NCBI GenBank assembly: GCA_965198225.1
Contig: CBDAOY010000008.1
Span: 480,001 to 544,000 of the forward strand
Direction of reading: 5' to 3'
DNA: 64,000 nucleotides
Source: Terriglobia bacterium
GTDB taxonomy: Bacteria; Acidobacteriota; Terriglobia; 20CM-2-55-15
Part shown: positions 38,041 through 48,345 of the stretch, piece after piece
Position numbering within the stretch: the first letter of the stretch is position 1
How the letters are laid out: every line of letters begins with the position of its first letter
Notes under the pieces: generated by a model
Seen by the model: the letters and a program-made list of their open reading frames with translations, nothing else
Database searches by the model: none
Told to the model about the DNA's origin: nothing
Program-made: the position numbers and the translations under genes

Positions 38041-38202
38041 GTAGGTGCGCTCTATGAGCGCACAAGGCGTCGGTATTGAAGAATGTGCGGTCACAGACCG
38101 CACCTACACCTGCCAGGGTTTGTCTTTCGCTTGGGGAGAGTTACCTCTCGGGCATTTCGGTTCAGCCAAGACCAAGAATGTGCGGTCATAGACCGCACCT
38201 AC
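38041..38202. repeat. Cluster of three GTAG-family REP palindromes
   Basis: GTAGGTGCGCTCTATGAGCGCAC 38041-38063; GTGCGGTCAYAGACCGCACCTAC at 38085-38107 and 38180-38202. Confidence 0.85.
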
Positions 38203-39533
38203 ACCTCCCTCTTCCCAATCCCGTACGCCTTCATCTTCCGGTACAGGTAGCTGCGCTCCAGGCCCAGCACGCGCGCCGTCTGGGACACGTTCCAACCGCT
38301 TTCTTCGAGCTTGGACAGGATCAATTCCCGTTCGTACCGCCCGCGTGCCTCTTGAAGCGTCGGCTGCTCTCCTCCTGACCCGTTCGGCAGAGACAGGTCG
38401 TCGAACTCGATCTTCTCGCCCGAGGCCATGATGACGAGACGTTCGATCTCGTTTCGCAGTTCCCGGACGTTTCCCGGCCAGGAATAGCTGTCCATCGCCC
38501 TGAAGGCCTCGACGGTGAAGTCCCTGGAGGTACGGCCGTGTTCGGCCGAAAAAATGTCCATGAAATAGCGCGCGATGACCGGAATGTCCCTGTGTCGTTC
38601 GCGAAGTGGCGGGACGACGAACGGGATCACGTTCAAGCGGTAGAAGAGGTCTTCGCGAAAGCGCCCGGCCTTGATCTCGCTCGCCAGATTCTTGTTGGTC
38701 GCGGCGATGATGCGAACGTCGACGCTCCGCATGGATTGTGCGCCGATCGGCTGGAATTTCTGCTGTTCGATCGCTCTCAGGACTTTTGCTTGAGTCTTCA
38801 GGCTCATGTCCCCGACTTCGTCAAGAAAGATCGTGCCTCCAGCGGCCAGCTCAAACTTTCCCTTCTTGTCTTCGTTCGCTCCGGTGAACGAGCCTCGAGT
38901 GTGGCCAAAGAGCTCGCTTTCTATCAAGTCTTCCGGGATTGCCGCGCAGTTGACCTCGATGAATGGGTCTTCGCTTCGGCTGCTTTGAAAGTGGATGTTT
39001 CGGGCCACCAGTTCTTTGCCGGTTCCGCTCTCACCGTAGATCAGGACGCGGCTGTTCGTCGGAGCGACCACAGAGATCTGCTTCCGCAGCGCCTTGACCG
39101 GGATGCTCTCCCCGACGATCGCGTATCGTGCCTCGACCTGACGTCGCAGGTCGCTGTTGGTTTTCTCCAGTTTCCGATGCGAGAGGGCGTTGCGGGCGGT
39201 CAGCAAGGTGTGTTCGATCGAAAGAGGCTTCTCGATGAAGTCGAACGCCCCCAGCTTCGTCGCCGAGACGGCTGTGGCGATCGTTGCGTGGCCGGAAATC
39301 ATGATGACGTAGGTCGCGGGGTTCCTCCGTCGTATTTGCTTCAGCGTCTCGAGCCCGTCGATGCCGGGCAACCAGACGTCGAGGAGCACGAGATCGAGAT
39401 CCCCGCCTTCCAGCTTCTCAAGACATTCCTCGCCGCTGGTTGCAACGTCGGCAGCAAAGCCCTCGTCTTCGAAGACGCCTTTCAGCGACTGACGGATTCC
39501 ACTCTCATCGTCGACGATCAGGACTCTGGGCAT
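38199..39533 (-). CDS. ntrX: NtrX-like sigma54-family response regulator
   Basis: Receiver (LLDVWLP, MISGHA), GESGTGKELVA, GSFTGA, WPGNVREL, Fis-type HTH; paired with NtrY-like kinase. Confidence 0.85.
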   Translation of the reverse strand: MPRVLIVDDESGIRQSLKGVFEDEGFAADVATSGEECLEKLEGGDLDLVLLDVWLPGIDGLETLKQIRRRNPATYVIMISGHATIATAVSATKLGAFDFIEKPLSIEHTLLTARNALSHRKLEKTNSDLRRQVEARYAIVGESIPVKALRKQISVVAPTNSRVLIYGESGTGKELVARNIHFQSSRSEDPFIEVNCAAIPEDLIESELFGHTRGSFTGANEDKKGKFELAAGGTIFLDEVGDMSLKTQAKVLRAIEQQKFQPIGAQSMRSVDVRIIAATNKNLASEIKAGRFREDLFYRLNVIPFVVPPLRERHRDIPVIARYFMDIFSAEHGRTSRDFTVEAFRAMDSYSWPGNVRELRNEIERLVIMASGEKIEFDDLSLPNGSGGEQPTLQEARGRYERELILSKLEESGWNVSQTARVLGLERSYLYRKMKAYGIGKREV

Positions 39534-41593
39534 ACGGGTAGCTCGACGACGAACCGGGCGCCGTGCGGGTTGTTCGGTTCAGCGCCGATGTAGCCGCCGT
39601 GATCGGCGACGATCCGGCTGGCGATCGCCAGACCCAGACCTGTTCCGTTCTTCCGTGTCGAAAAGTATGGAGCAAACAGGCGCTCTCGGTCTTCGGGGTC
39701 GATTCCAGGTCCCGAGTCGGTCACAGTCAGGCGCGCCGTCGTGTGGTCTCGGACCAACTCGCACCCGATCGTGAGTTCCTTCGCGGTTTCTCCTGCCATC
39801 GCCTCCAGGGCGTTGTCGATCAGGTTGATCAGCACGCGTTTGATCTGTTGCCCATCCATCAGGACCGGCGGCAGGTCGTCCGGGATACGAGCCCTCACCT
39901 CCGTGCCGTTGAAACGGTCCTCATAGAGGGCCAGGGTCTTGTCGATCAGGCCCTTCATCTCGGTCGGTTCTCTGGAGATTGCCGGCAGGCGTGCGACCCG
40001 TCCAAACTCGTTGACCAGTGCCTTGAGGCTGGCCACTTCGCCGACGATCGTGCTCACACACTCCTGGATCACCGCCTGAACGCGCGGTTCCGCCGAGGGC
40101 ACCTTCTCGGCGTTTCGGGCGATGCGTTCGGCCGACAACTGGATTGGAGTGAGAGGGTTCTTGATTTCGTGTGCGAGGCGACGTGCGACTTCCCGCCACG
40201 CAGTCGCCTTCTGCGCCTTGACCACTTCGGTGAGGTCTTCGACCACGAGTACAAACCCTCCGCCCGTGAGAACGCTCGCAGTGACGGCATTGTGGATGGG
40301 GCGATCGGGGGTCATCAAGGTCAGTTCTCGCGTCAGCGTCCCCTCCTGAGCAGAGACACGCAGCAGCTCCCGAATCTGTTGCAGGTCTTCGGGGGCAAAC
40401 ACTTCGTCCAGCGTGTCGGCATGTTCGATCGAGAACATTGTGCGCGCGGCGCGATTCATCTTGGTTACGTGGAACTCGTCGTCGATCGAAACGACTCCGG
40501 TCGGGATGGCCTCCAGGATAATCTCCGTGTAGCGACGCCGCTCCTCGAGCTCACCGGTCGTGAGCTGCAACTGATCGGCCATGTCGTTAAACAGTCCCAC
40601 GAGCAATCCCAGTTCGTCGTCCGCCTGCACGCGGACACGATGGTCCAGGTTGCCCGAAGAGATCTCCCGTGTGGCGCCCGACAGGGCTTCGATCGGTACC
40701 GTAATCCTCTTGGAGAAGAAGAGTCCCGTCCACGCGGCCGCGAAGAGTACCAGCACGGTCATCAAGACGAGGATGACCACGTAGGTATCGCGGTAGAAAC
40801 GACGGTTCTGCACCAACTCGTTGTAGCTCATCCGTTCGGTTGCGATCTCGGCGGTCAGTTGCTGGAAATGCTCGGGTGTGTGGAAGACGGCTGCGACGAT
40901 CACGTCCGGCTCTGCCTGGGTTCGTCGCAGGCCGACCAAAGAGCCGTCGATATCGCGAAGTGTGGCCACCCCGGATCCATTCAGCCGATCCAGCAGGTCG
41001 CGGTATACCACTTGATAGCTCTCCGCACCGTTCGTACCACGCAGGATGCGGCCGTCGGTATCTATGAATGCGACAGTCTCCAGGCGGAAATTCGCGAGGG
41101 CCTCCTCCAGATCTTCCGGGGGCTGAGCCGCCATCTGCGACAGAATGCCGCTCGCGACGTTCTCGTGTTCCGCCGCCCACTGGCTACCGATCTCCTCGGT
41201 GGTCCGGAAGATCGTGTCGACCGGGACGCTGAACCACTTGTCGATGCTACGATTGACCAGACCGAAGGCGAAGAGGAACAGGACCGTCGCCTGGACCAGT
41301 GTCAGGGAGATCAGCGAGAGCACGAGCTTGGTCTTGAACTTTGCCCCAGGTTTCTGGGCCTTGTGTTCGACCCACATCTTGAAAAGGCTGCGGAGAAGGA
41401 CGAACCCGAAAATGATCAGGACGAGGAAGATAAACGTCGATAGAGTGTAGAGCAGCAGGATCTGGTCAGGCTCGGCGGGACTGATGTTAAACGGTACGAG
41501 GTTGAAGGCGGCCTGGACGAACACAAGCAAAGCCAGGGTCAGCAGCACCAGGCCCCCGAGGAAGAACTTTGTCGTGCCCGTCGATGCCTTCAT
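39518..41593 (-). CDS. ntrY: NtrY-like sensor histidine kinase (TM-HAMP-PAS-HisKA)
   Basis: AWREVARRLAHEIKNPLTPIQLSAER, SIDKWF, GTGLGLAI. Confidence 0.85.
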   Translation of the reverse strand: MKASTGTTKFFLGGLVLLTLALLVFVQAAFNLVPFNISPAEPDQILLLYTLSTFIFLVLIIFGFVLLRSLFKMWVEHKAQKPGAKFKTKLVLSLISLTLVQATVLFLFAFGLVNRSIDKWFSVPVDTIFRTTEEIGSQWAAEHENVASGILSQMAAQPPEDLEEALANFRLETVAFIDTDGRILRGTNGAESYQVVYRDLLDRLNGSGVATLRDIDGSLVGLRRTQAEPDVIVAAVFHTPEHFQQLTAEIATERMSYNELVQNRRFYRDTYVVILVLMTVLVLFAAAWTGLFFSKRITVPIEALSGATREISSGNLDHRVRVQADDELGLLVGLFNDMADQLQLTTGELEERRRYTEIILEAIPTGVVSIDDEFHVTKMNRAARTMFSIEHADTLDEVFAPEDLQQIRELLRVSAQEGTLTRELTLMTPDRPIHNAVTASVLTGGGFVLVVEDLTEVVKAQKATAWREVARRLAHEIKNPLTPIQLSAERIARNAEKVPSAEPRVQAVIQECVSTIVGEVASLKALVNEFGRVARLPAISREPTEMKGLIDKTLALYEDRFNGTEVRARIPDDLPPVLMDGQQIKRVLINLIDNALEAMAGETAKELTIGCELVRDHTTARLTVTDSGPGIDPEDRERLFAPYFSTRKNGTGLGLAIASRIVADHGGYIGAEPNNPHGARFVVELPVCPES

Positions 41594-41727
41594 GATGTCA
41601 CTTATGGTAGGTTAAGCCGAAGTGTTATACGTCTTGGGCCACAACCCGAGTCAATTATACGTCCCTCCTGGAGTCCCCGTCCCCATGAGAATACAAGGAA
41701 ACACCCTCTTCCCATCACGCGGACGCG

Positions 41728-43449
41728 ATGTCTAGGCTCGGCGAAGTTCTTATCAGCGAGAGCCTTATCTCGCAGGAGCAGCTCGCCGAGGCCCTGGTGG
41801 AACAGCGGGTCAACGGGGGGCGTCTGGGAAGCTGTCTGGTCCGACTCGGCCACATGTCCGAGGACGCGATCACTGCCGTGCTCTCCAAGCAGTACGGCGT
41901 CCCCTGTATCAACCTTTCTTATTTTGAAGTGGACCCGGAGGTCGCCGGCCTGCTGTCGCCGGAAGTGACCCGGAAATACCAGGTGCTGCCGTTGAGTCTC
42001 CTGGGTTCGACTCTGACCATCGCCATGGTGGACCCCACGAATGTGATCGCTCTGGATGAGCTTAAGTTCATGACAGGGTTGAATGTACAGCCGCTTGTGG
42101 CTTCCGAATCCCAGCTCAACGACGCAATCAAGAAACACTTCGGCTCGACTTACGACACCCGGATGAAAAGGGCTTTCGAGGATCTGACCGAGCCGTCCGA
42201 CGACGCCGGCAAAGTCGAAGTGATCGAGCAGGTGGATGAAGAAGTCGATCCGCTTTCGCTGGAAAGGGAGTCGGGTGAGGCTCCGGTCGTCCGGCTGGTT
42301 AATCTGATACTGCTGGACTCGGTCAAGCGCGGGGCCAGCGACATTCATCTCGAGCCGTACGAGAAGGAGTTGCGACTGCGCTTTCGTATCGACGGAGTGC
42401 TGCAGACCGCCATGAATCCTCCGCTGAAGCTTCGCAATGCCATCACCTCCCGTATCAAGATCATGGCAAACCTGGACATCTCGGAGAAGAGGCTACCGCA
42501 GGATGGGCGGATCCGCGTGCGTCTCCGCGTCGAAGGGCACCCCAAGGAGCTGGATTTCCGCGTGTCTACACTGCCGACGCTGTTCGGCGAAAAGGTCGTG
42601 ATGCGGTTGCTGGATCGCGACAACTTGATGTTCGACATGCGGCGGCTGGGCCTGGAACCAGAGTCCTTGAAAAGCTTCGAGAACGCGATAAAGAAGCCGT
42701 TCGGGATGGTCCTGGTGACCGGGCCGACCGGCAGCGGGAAGACCAACACCCTGTATTCGGCGATCACGCAGCTCAACCGGCCCGACCTGAACATCGTCAC
42801 GGCCGAGGATCCGATAGAGTTCAATCTTCCCGGGATCAATCAGGTCGGCATGAGAGACCAGATCGGCCTTAATTTCGCCGCAGCACTTCGTTCTTTCCTT
42901 CGGCAGGACCCCAACATTATCCTTGTGGGTGAGATTCGCGACGTCGAAACGGCGGAGATCGCCATCAAAGCGTCACTGACCGGGCATCTGGTGTTGAGTA
43001 CCCTGCACACCAACGATGCTCCGGGAACGGTGTCGCGCCTGATGAACATGGGAATCGAGCCATTTCTGTTGGCGACTTCGCTCCAGGCGATCTGCGCGCA
43101 GAGGCTGGTCCGCAGGATCTGTGTCGACTGCAGGGAAGAGGCGCCGATGTCGGGAAATCGGCTCGTCGAGCTTGGATTCTCTTCCGAGGAAGCCAGGGAA
43201 GTGCAACCGGTGCGTGGCGCCGGGTGTACGGCCTGCAACGGCACAGGCTATCGCGGTCGCATCGGTCTCTACGAGGTGATGGAGGTCGGTGAGAGCCTGA
43301 GGGATACGATCATCCTGGGCGCTTCCGCTGTCGAGCTGAAGAAGAAGGCCATCGATGGGGGTATGATTACGTTGCGACGGAGCGGTTTGATCAAGGTTCG
43401 AGATCAGCTGACGACGATCGAAGAGGTCCTGCGGGAGACGGTCGGGTAG
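41728..43449 (+). CDS. pilB: Type IV pilus assembly ATPase
   Basis: MshEN-like RLGEVL start, ASDIHLEP, LDISEKRLPQDGR, GPTGSGKT, LRQDPNIILVGEIRD, Zn-finger CxxC pairs. Confidence 0.93.
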   Translation: MSRLGEVLISESLISQEQLAEALVEQRVNGGRLGSCLVRLGHMSEDAITAVLSKQYGVPCINLSYFEVDPEVAGLLSPEVTRKYQVLPLSLLGSTLTIAMVDPTNVIALDELKFMTGLNVQPLVASESQLNDAIKKHFGSTYDTRMKRAFEDLTEPSDDAGKVEVIEQVDEEVDPLSLERESGEAPVVRLVNLILLDSVKRGASDIHLEPYEKELRLRFRIDGVLQTAMNPPLKLRNAITSRIKIMANLDISEKRLPQDGRIRVRLRVEGHPKELDFRVSTLPTLFGEKVVMRLLDRDNLMFDMRRLGLEPESLKSFENAIKKPFGMVLVTGPTGSGKTNTLYSAITQLNRPDLNIVTAEDPIEFNLPGINQVGMRDQIGLNFAAALRSFLRQDPNIILVGEIRDVETAEIAIKASLTGHLVLSTLHTNDAPGTVSRLMNMGIEPFLLATSLQAICAQRLVRRICVDCREEAPMSGNRLVELGFSSEEAREVQPVRGAGCTACNGTGYRGRIGLYEVMEVGESLRDTIILGASAVELKKKAIDGGMITLRRSGLIKVRDQLTTIEEVLRETVG

Positions 43450-43498
43450 TTGTTCGGTAGTCGACTGGTTGTCAACGTTCTGAACAGAGGTTGGGAGC

Positions 43499-44707
43499 AT
43501 GCCAAACTATTCCTTTAAGGGTCGGAAACGTGGTGGAGAGGAAATCTCAGGAACGCGATCAGCGGACAGCACCCAAGCGCTGGCCATCGCCCTGAGGCAG
43601 GAAAACATCATGATGGTCGAGGCCAAAGAGAAGAAAGGCTTCAACCTCAGTGAAATCGAGTTCGGCGGAGCTCCCACTGCCAAAGACGTTTCGATTTTTA
43701 CGAAACAGTTTTCGTTCATGATCGATTCGGGTCTGCCCCTGGTGCAATGTCTCGAAATTCTTGGTTCTCAGCAGGAGAACAAGAAGTTCGCCGAAGCAAT
43801 CAAGACGGTTCAACGCGAAGTCGAGACCGGCAACACACTGGCGTCGGGCATGGAGAAAAGCCCGAAAATCTTCGATAGCTTGTTTACCAACATGGTGGCT
43901 GCGGGAGAAGCCGGTGGCATTCTCGACACGATCTTTCAACGCCTCGCGATCTACATCGAAAAGGCGGTGAAGCTGAGGGCCGCCATGAAATCGGCGATGG
44001 TCTATCCGGCGGCTATCATCTTCATCGCGAGCGCGGTCATCACGCTGATTCTGTGGAAGGTCGTCCCCGCCTTCACCGAGCTTTTCAACAGCATGGAAGT
44101 GGATCTGCCTTTGCCGACCCGGATCGTCATCGGGGCCAGCAGTTTCGTCGGCAGCTTCGGCTTGTTCATACTGATCGGGCTCGGGATTTTCGCCTACCTG
44201 TTCAAGTCTTACTACTCGACGCCTAGAGGGCGTTACAACGTCGACAAACTCATCCTCAAGTTACCGGTCTTCGGCGATCTGGTGCGCAAGATCTCCGTGG
44301 CCCGGTTCACGCGAACGATGGGGACCCTGATCGCGAGCGGCGTGCCAATCCTGGATTCTCTGGACATCACGGCAAAGACGTCCGGCAACGCCATCGTCGA
44401 GGAAGCCATCTATGGCGTCAAAGGGGCGATCGAGACCGGACGGACGATCGTCGAGCCCCTGAAGGAGTCCGGGGTCTTCCCGAGTATGGTGATCCAGATG
44501 ATCGGTGTCGGTGAAGAAACCGGTGCGCTCGAGTCGATGCTGAACAAGATCGCGGACTTCTACGAAGAGGAAGTCGACGTTGCGGTGGGCGACTTGATGA
44601 CCGCGATCGAGCCGATGATGATGGCAGTCCTCGGCGTGATTGTCGGTGGCATCGTCATCTCGATGTACATGCCGATCTTCAGCCTCGTCGGCCAGCTGAG
44701 CGGCTAG
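43499..44707 (+). CDS. pilC: Type IV pilus inner-membrane platform protein
   Basis: Two T2SSF repeats: AAGEAGGIL..AMVYP; QMIGVGEETGALESML..EP. Confidence 0.93.
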   Translation: MPNYSFKGRKRGGEEISGTRSADSTQALAIALRQENIMMVEAKEKKGFNLSEIEFGGAPTAKDVSIFTKQFSFMIDSGLPLVQCLEILGSQQENKKFAEAIKTVQREVETGNTLASGMEKSPKIFDSLFTNMVAAGEAGGILDTIFQRLAIYIEKAVKLRAAMKSAMVYPAAIIFIASAVITLILWKVVPAFTELFNSMEVDLPLPTRIVIGASSFVGSFGLFILIGLGIFAYLFKSYYSTPRGRYNVDKLILKLPVFGDLVRKISVARFTRTMGTLIASGVPILDSLDITAKTSGNAIVEEAIYGVKGAIETGRTIVEPLKESGVFPSMVIQMIGVGEETGALESMLNKIADFYEEEVDVAVGDLMTAIEPMMMAVLGVIVGGIVISMYMPIFSLVGQLSG

Positions 44708-44726
44708 CTCCTCGATAGAAAGCCAG

Positions 44727-46340
44727 ATGCACGACTCCCGGATGGTCATGGACCGGAGAAAATGGCTTCTGCGCCTGATCTGGGTCCGCGTGGGCGTTTT
44801 CTCTGTCTTTGTGGCGGCCCAGCCATCCCTGGACATGGCGGTGCTCCTCGGCGCCGTCTATGCCCTGTCCCTCTGCTGGGTCGCTCTGCTGAAGCTGAAC
44901 CGGTCCTACGTCACACAGGCGTATGCCCAGATCGCGATCGACCTCCTGCTGATCACGTGGATGGTCAACCGCACGGGCGGTCTGGATAGCTATTTTTCCT
45001 CTCTGTACTTCCTCGAGATCGTGATGTCCAGCATCCTGCTGGAACGTCGCGGTGCCTTCTTGACGGCCATCGCGAGTTCTCTCCTGCACGGCATTCACCT
45101 GGACCTGGCTCATTACCAGGTCATTCCCTCAACTACGGTGAGTTTTCCCGAATTGATCGTGCTTCAGTACATCGTCGGCGTGACGATCTTCGGCTTTTGC
45201 GCGGTCGGGTTTCTCTCCAACGTGCTGGCAGAGAACCTCCGGATGTCCGCGGCGGCGCTGCAGGAATCCACGGGGAAGGTGGCTTTCCTGCAGGCTCTGA
45301 ACAGCAACATCATCGACAGCCTGGGCAGCGGGCTCGTGACCACCGACCTTGAAGGGAAGATATTCCTTTTCAACCCTGCGGCCTCCCGCATTTCCGGGCG
45401 CTCTTCGGCCGAGGCGGTTGGTTGCCCGATCGGTGAGGTGTTCCCCGGCCTTCCGCCTCCCACTACCCCGCGCGGCGTCGAATTGACGATTGCAGGTAAG
45501 GACGACCGACCCGTCTGCCTCCAGTTCTCGGTCACGCCCCTTGCCATGGACGGGGAGCGGTCCGGTTACGTCTGGTGCTTCGACGATGTCACCGATCTCC
45601 GGCAGATGGAGCGTCAACTGCGCCACAAGGAACGGATGGCGGCCATCGGAGTCATGTCCGCGGGCATCGCTCACGAAATCCGAAACCCGCTTGCGTCGAT
45701 CACGGGCTCGTTCAACCTCCTGCGGTCGGAGTTGGACCTGGGGACGGAGCAAAGCCAGCTGGTTGAGATCATCTCCAGGGAGACGGAGCGACTGAATCAG
45801 ACGATCAACGATTTTCTGCTCTATGCCCGTCCGGTCGTTCCAAGGCTCGAACAGGTTCGCCTGGACCAGATCATCGCCGACTCGATTCAGCTTATCCAGA
45901 ACAGCCCGGACCTTCGACCCGAGCACCAGATCGAAAGCGAACTCGATGCCCTGACTGCGGCCGTGGACGAAGCCATGATGCGGCAGGTGTTTTACAACCT
46001 CGCTTCGAACGCGTTCAAGGCCATGCCGGACGGCGGCACTCTCTGCATCGAGCTCAAGAAGCGGAAAGCCGGCGTGCAAATCCGCTTTGAGGACGCCGGG
46101 GTGGGGATGACCGACAGAGACATCGACCAACTGTTTCTGCCGTTCAATTCCTCATTCCGCAGCGGGACGGGTTTGGGGCTGTCGATCGTGTACCAGATTG
46201 TCAACGCGCACCGCGGCTCTATTTCAGTCAATTCCAAACCCGACCAGGGCACCGTCTTCGAGATCGAGCTCCCGGAATCGAGTCCCGCCGACGGGGACAG
46301 CGGTGCTTTCGAGAGGGCCGGTATCCGGGCGGCAGAGTGA
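44727..46340 (+). CDS. pilS: PilS-like sensor histidine kinase
   Basis: Six-TM N-terminus with TGG..S.F..LY, PAS, AHEIRNPLAS, GTGLGL; context pilC-pilS-pilR. Confidence 0.82.
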   Translation: MHDSRMVMDRRKWLLRLIWVRVGVFSVFVAAQPSLDMAVLLGAVYALSLCWVALLKLNRSYVTQAYAQIAIDLLLITWMVNRTGGLDSYFSSLYFLEIVMSSILLERRGAFLTAIASSLLHGIHLDLAHYQVIPSTTVSFPELIVLQYIVGVTIFGFCAVGFLSNVLAENLRMSAAALQESTGKVAFLQALNSNIIDSLGSGLVTTDLEGKIFLFNPAASRISGRSSAEAVGCPIGEVFPGLPPPTTPRGVELTIAGKDDRPVCLQFSVTPLAMDGERSGYVWCFDDVTDLRQMERQLRHKERMAAIGVMSAGIAHEIRNPLASITGSFNLLRSELDLGTEQSQLVEIISRETERLNQTINDFLLYARPVVPRLEQVRLDQIIADSIQLIQNSPDLRPEHQIESELDALTAAVDEAMMRQVFYNLASNAFKAMPDGGTLCIELKKRKAGVQIRFEDAGVGMTDRDIDQLFLPFNSSFRSGTGLGLSIVYQIVNAHRGSISVNSKPDQGTVFEIELPESSPADGDSGAFERAGIRAAE

Positions 46341-46392
46341 GCCGCAATCCGGCTGACGCTCGACGGCGACATCGCCGGAGTCAAGGCGACAG

Positions 46393-47778
46393 ATGAATCA
46401 AAAAGCCAAAATTCTCATCATCGATGATGAGCTCTCGATTCGCGAAATGCTCCAGATCTTCCTCAAACGGGAGGGCTTCGAGGTGAAGGTCGCTCGCAGC
46501 GGGGAGGATGGACTCGAGTCGATCCGACGGGAAGACTTCGACGTCGTGATCTCCGACATCAAGATGCCGGACATGTCCGGCATCGATCTGCTTCAACGCG
46601 TCCGTTCCGAGAGCGCGTCCGGGCAGTTCATTCTTCTCACCGCCTACGCCACGGCGGAGACGGCAATCCAGGCGCTCAAGATGGGTGCTTTCGACTATGT
46701 GCTGAAGACGGACAACTTCATGGAGGAGTTGAGACACATCATCGATCGAGCTCTCGAGGAACAGCGTCTCAGGGAGGAGAACACCTACCTCAAGCGTGAA
46801 TTCAAGAAGCGACACGGGATGGGCAACCTCATCGGAAGCAGCGAGAAGATGCAGGAGCTGTTCCGCATGATCGAAACGGTGGGTGAAACCAACAGCACGA
46901 TCCTGATCACGGGAGAAAGCGGAACGGGTAAGGAGCTGGTGGCCAAGGCCATCCACCTGAACAGCCCCCGCGAGGCAGGCCCGTTCGTGTCCGTCAACTG
47001 CGGAGCGCTGACCGAGACACTGCTGGAATCCGAGCTGTTCGGCTACGTCAAGGGCGCATTTACCGGCGCCAACAGCGATCGGAAGGGCTTGTTCGAGGTT
47101 GCCGACTCCGGGACGATCTTTCTCGACGAGATCGGCGAGACGAGCGCGGCAACGCAGGTTAAGTTGTTACGAGTGTTGCAGGAGAGGACCATCCGCCGAG
47201 TCGGCGGAACCGAAGAGGTCCCGATCGACGTTCGGGTCATCGCCGCAACCAACCAGGACCTCGCCGCGATGGTTTCGGAAGGACGGTTCCGGGAGGATCT
47301 GTTCTATAGGATCAGCGTCATACCCCTGGAAATCCCACCCCTGCGCCAGCGTGCCGAGGACATACCGATATTGGTCGAGCACTTCCTGGAACGGCTGAAC
47401 GCATCCATGACAAAGAGGATCGACGGCATCTCCGACGAGGCGTTGAGGCAGTTGGAGACCCACGACTGGCCTGGCAACGTCCGGGAGTTGGAAAACGCCG
47501 TCGAGAGGGCATTCATCCTCGAGAGTTCCGGGCAGATATCCGAGGCCAACCTGTCGGCGACTCTGTCGGGCGGCCCGCGGGCGAAGGCGGTACCGGTGAT
47601 ACCCCCGGAAGGCCTGGACCTGGAGTCCTACGTGGAGGGCCTGCAGAAAGAATACTTCGAGGAAGCCCTCCGGAGGACCAATGGGGTGCAGGTCAAAGCG
47701 GCCGAGTTGCTTCGGATATCCTACCGCTCCTTCCGCCACTACATGCAGAAGTTCAACATCAAGCCCAATGGGCAGTGA
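46393..47778 (+). CDS. pilR: PilR-like sigma54-dependent response regulator
   Basis: Receiver, GESGTGKELVA, GAFTGA, WPGNVRELEN, C-terminal AAELL.ISYRSFRH HTH. Confidence 0.82.
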   Translation: MNQKAKILIIDDELSIREMLQIFLKREGFEVKVARSGEDGLESIRREDFDVVISDIKMPDMSGIDLLQRVRSESASGQFILLTAYATAETAIQALKMGAFDYVLKTDNFMEELRHIIDRALEEQRLREENTYLKREFKKRHGMGNLIGSSEKMQELFRMIETVGETNSTILITGESGTGKELVAKAIHLNSPREAGPFVSVNCGALTETLLESELFGYVKGAFTGANSDRKGLFEVADSGTIFLDEIGETSAATQVKLLRVLQERTIRRVGGTEEVPIDVRVIAATNQDLAAMVSEGRFREDLFYRISVIPLEIPPLRQRAEDIPILVEHFLERLNASMTKRIDGISDEALRQLETHDWPGNVRELENAVERAFILESSGQISEANLSATLSGGPRAKAVPVIPPEGLDLESYVEGLQKEYFEEALRRTNGVQVKAAELLRISYRSFRHYMQKFNIKPNGQ

Positions 47779-48345
47779 TCCGAAGCAGTCCGTTGTCGGT
47801 GACGCTGCAGCGAATACCGATTCCGGGCCGGCCGCTGTTCGCTACGTGGCGACTGACCCTCTTCACAAACTCTTGTTCAGAAGGGCGGCTTCCTTCACCA
47901 GGCCTTCTAACTCCTGGTCTTGAATTTCCGAAATTGGGTGAAACGTGATGCCTTTGGTGCCTAGTCTTTTAGTCAATTCAATCCATTTTTTTCCAAACTC
48001 GGCACGCCAGCCTTGATCGAATATCCTCCTGATACAGTCTCTGCTCTCGCTACTGGAAAGGTAGCTCACACACCGAGCTTCGTCGTTGGTTCGAATAAAG
48101 AATTGATCGTCAAAATCGGGCACCCTTATTTTCGGTTCCTTCAGGTTTCCCAATCTTTGGGTGGTCCTCATGTCCTTCAAGAACAGTTCGAAACCTGGCA
48201 CCTTCAGGATCCTCACTCGGACGTTTGCGGGGTAACCCTGTCCCCCATGTTCATACAGGATCCGGAAAGGAACGTCCTCGTAGTGCCCCTCAACCCGGGG
48301 CGTTCCGAACCCGGACCGGGAAACGTCCGCGTTCAAAGCGATCGC

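Noticed and set aside
22257-38202. CRISPR array from the 23-bp palindromic repeats
   Set aside because: Copies are inverted doublets at scattered loci with irregular spacing and no cas genes; they fit REPs
38880-38900. GSFTGA instead of GAFTGA in the NtrX-like regulator
   Set aside because: Common natural variant of the sigma54-contact loop; not unusual
48338-48345. GCGATCGC as a cyanobacterial HIP1 signal
   Set aside because: Here it is simply the IS target duplication in a GC-rich genome; gene content is not cyanobacterial
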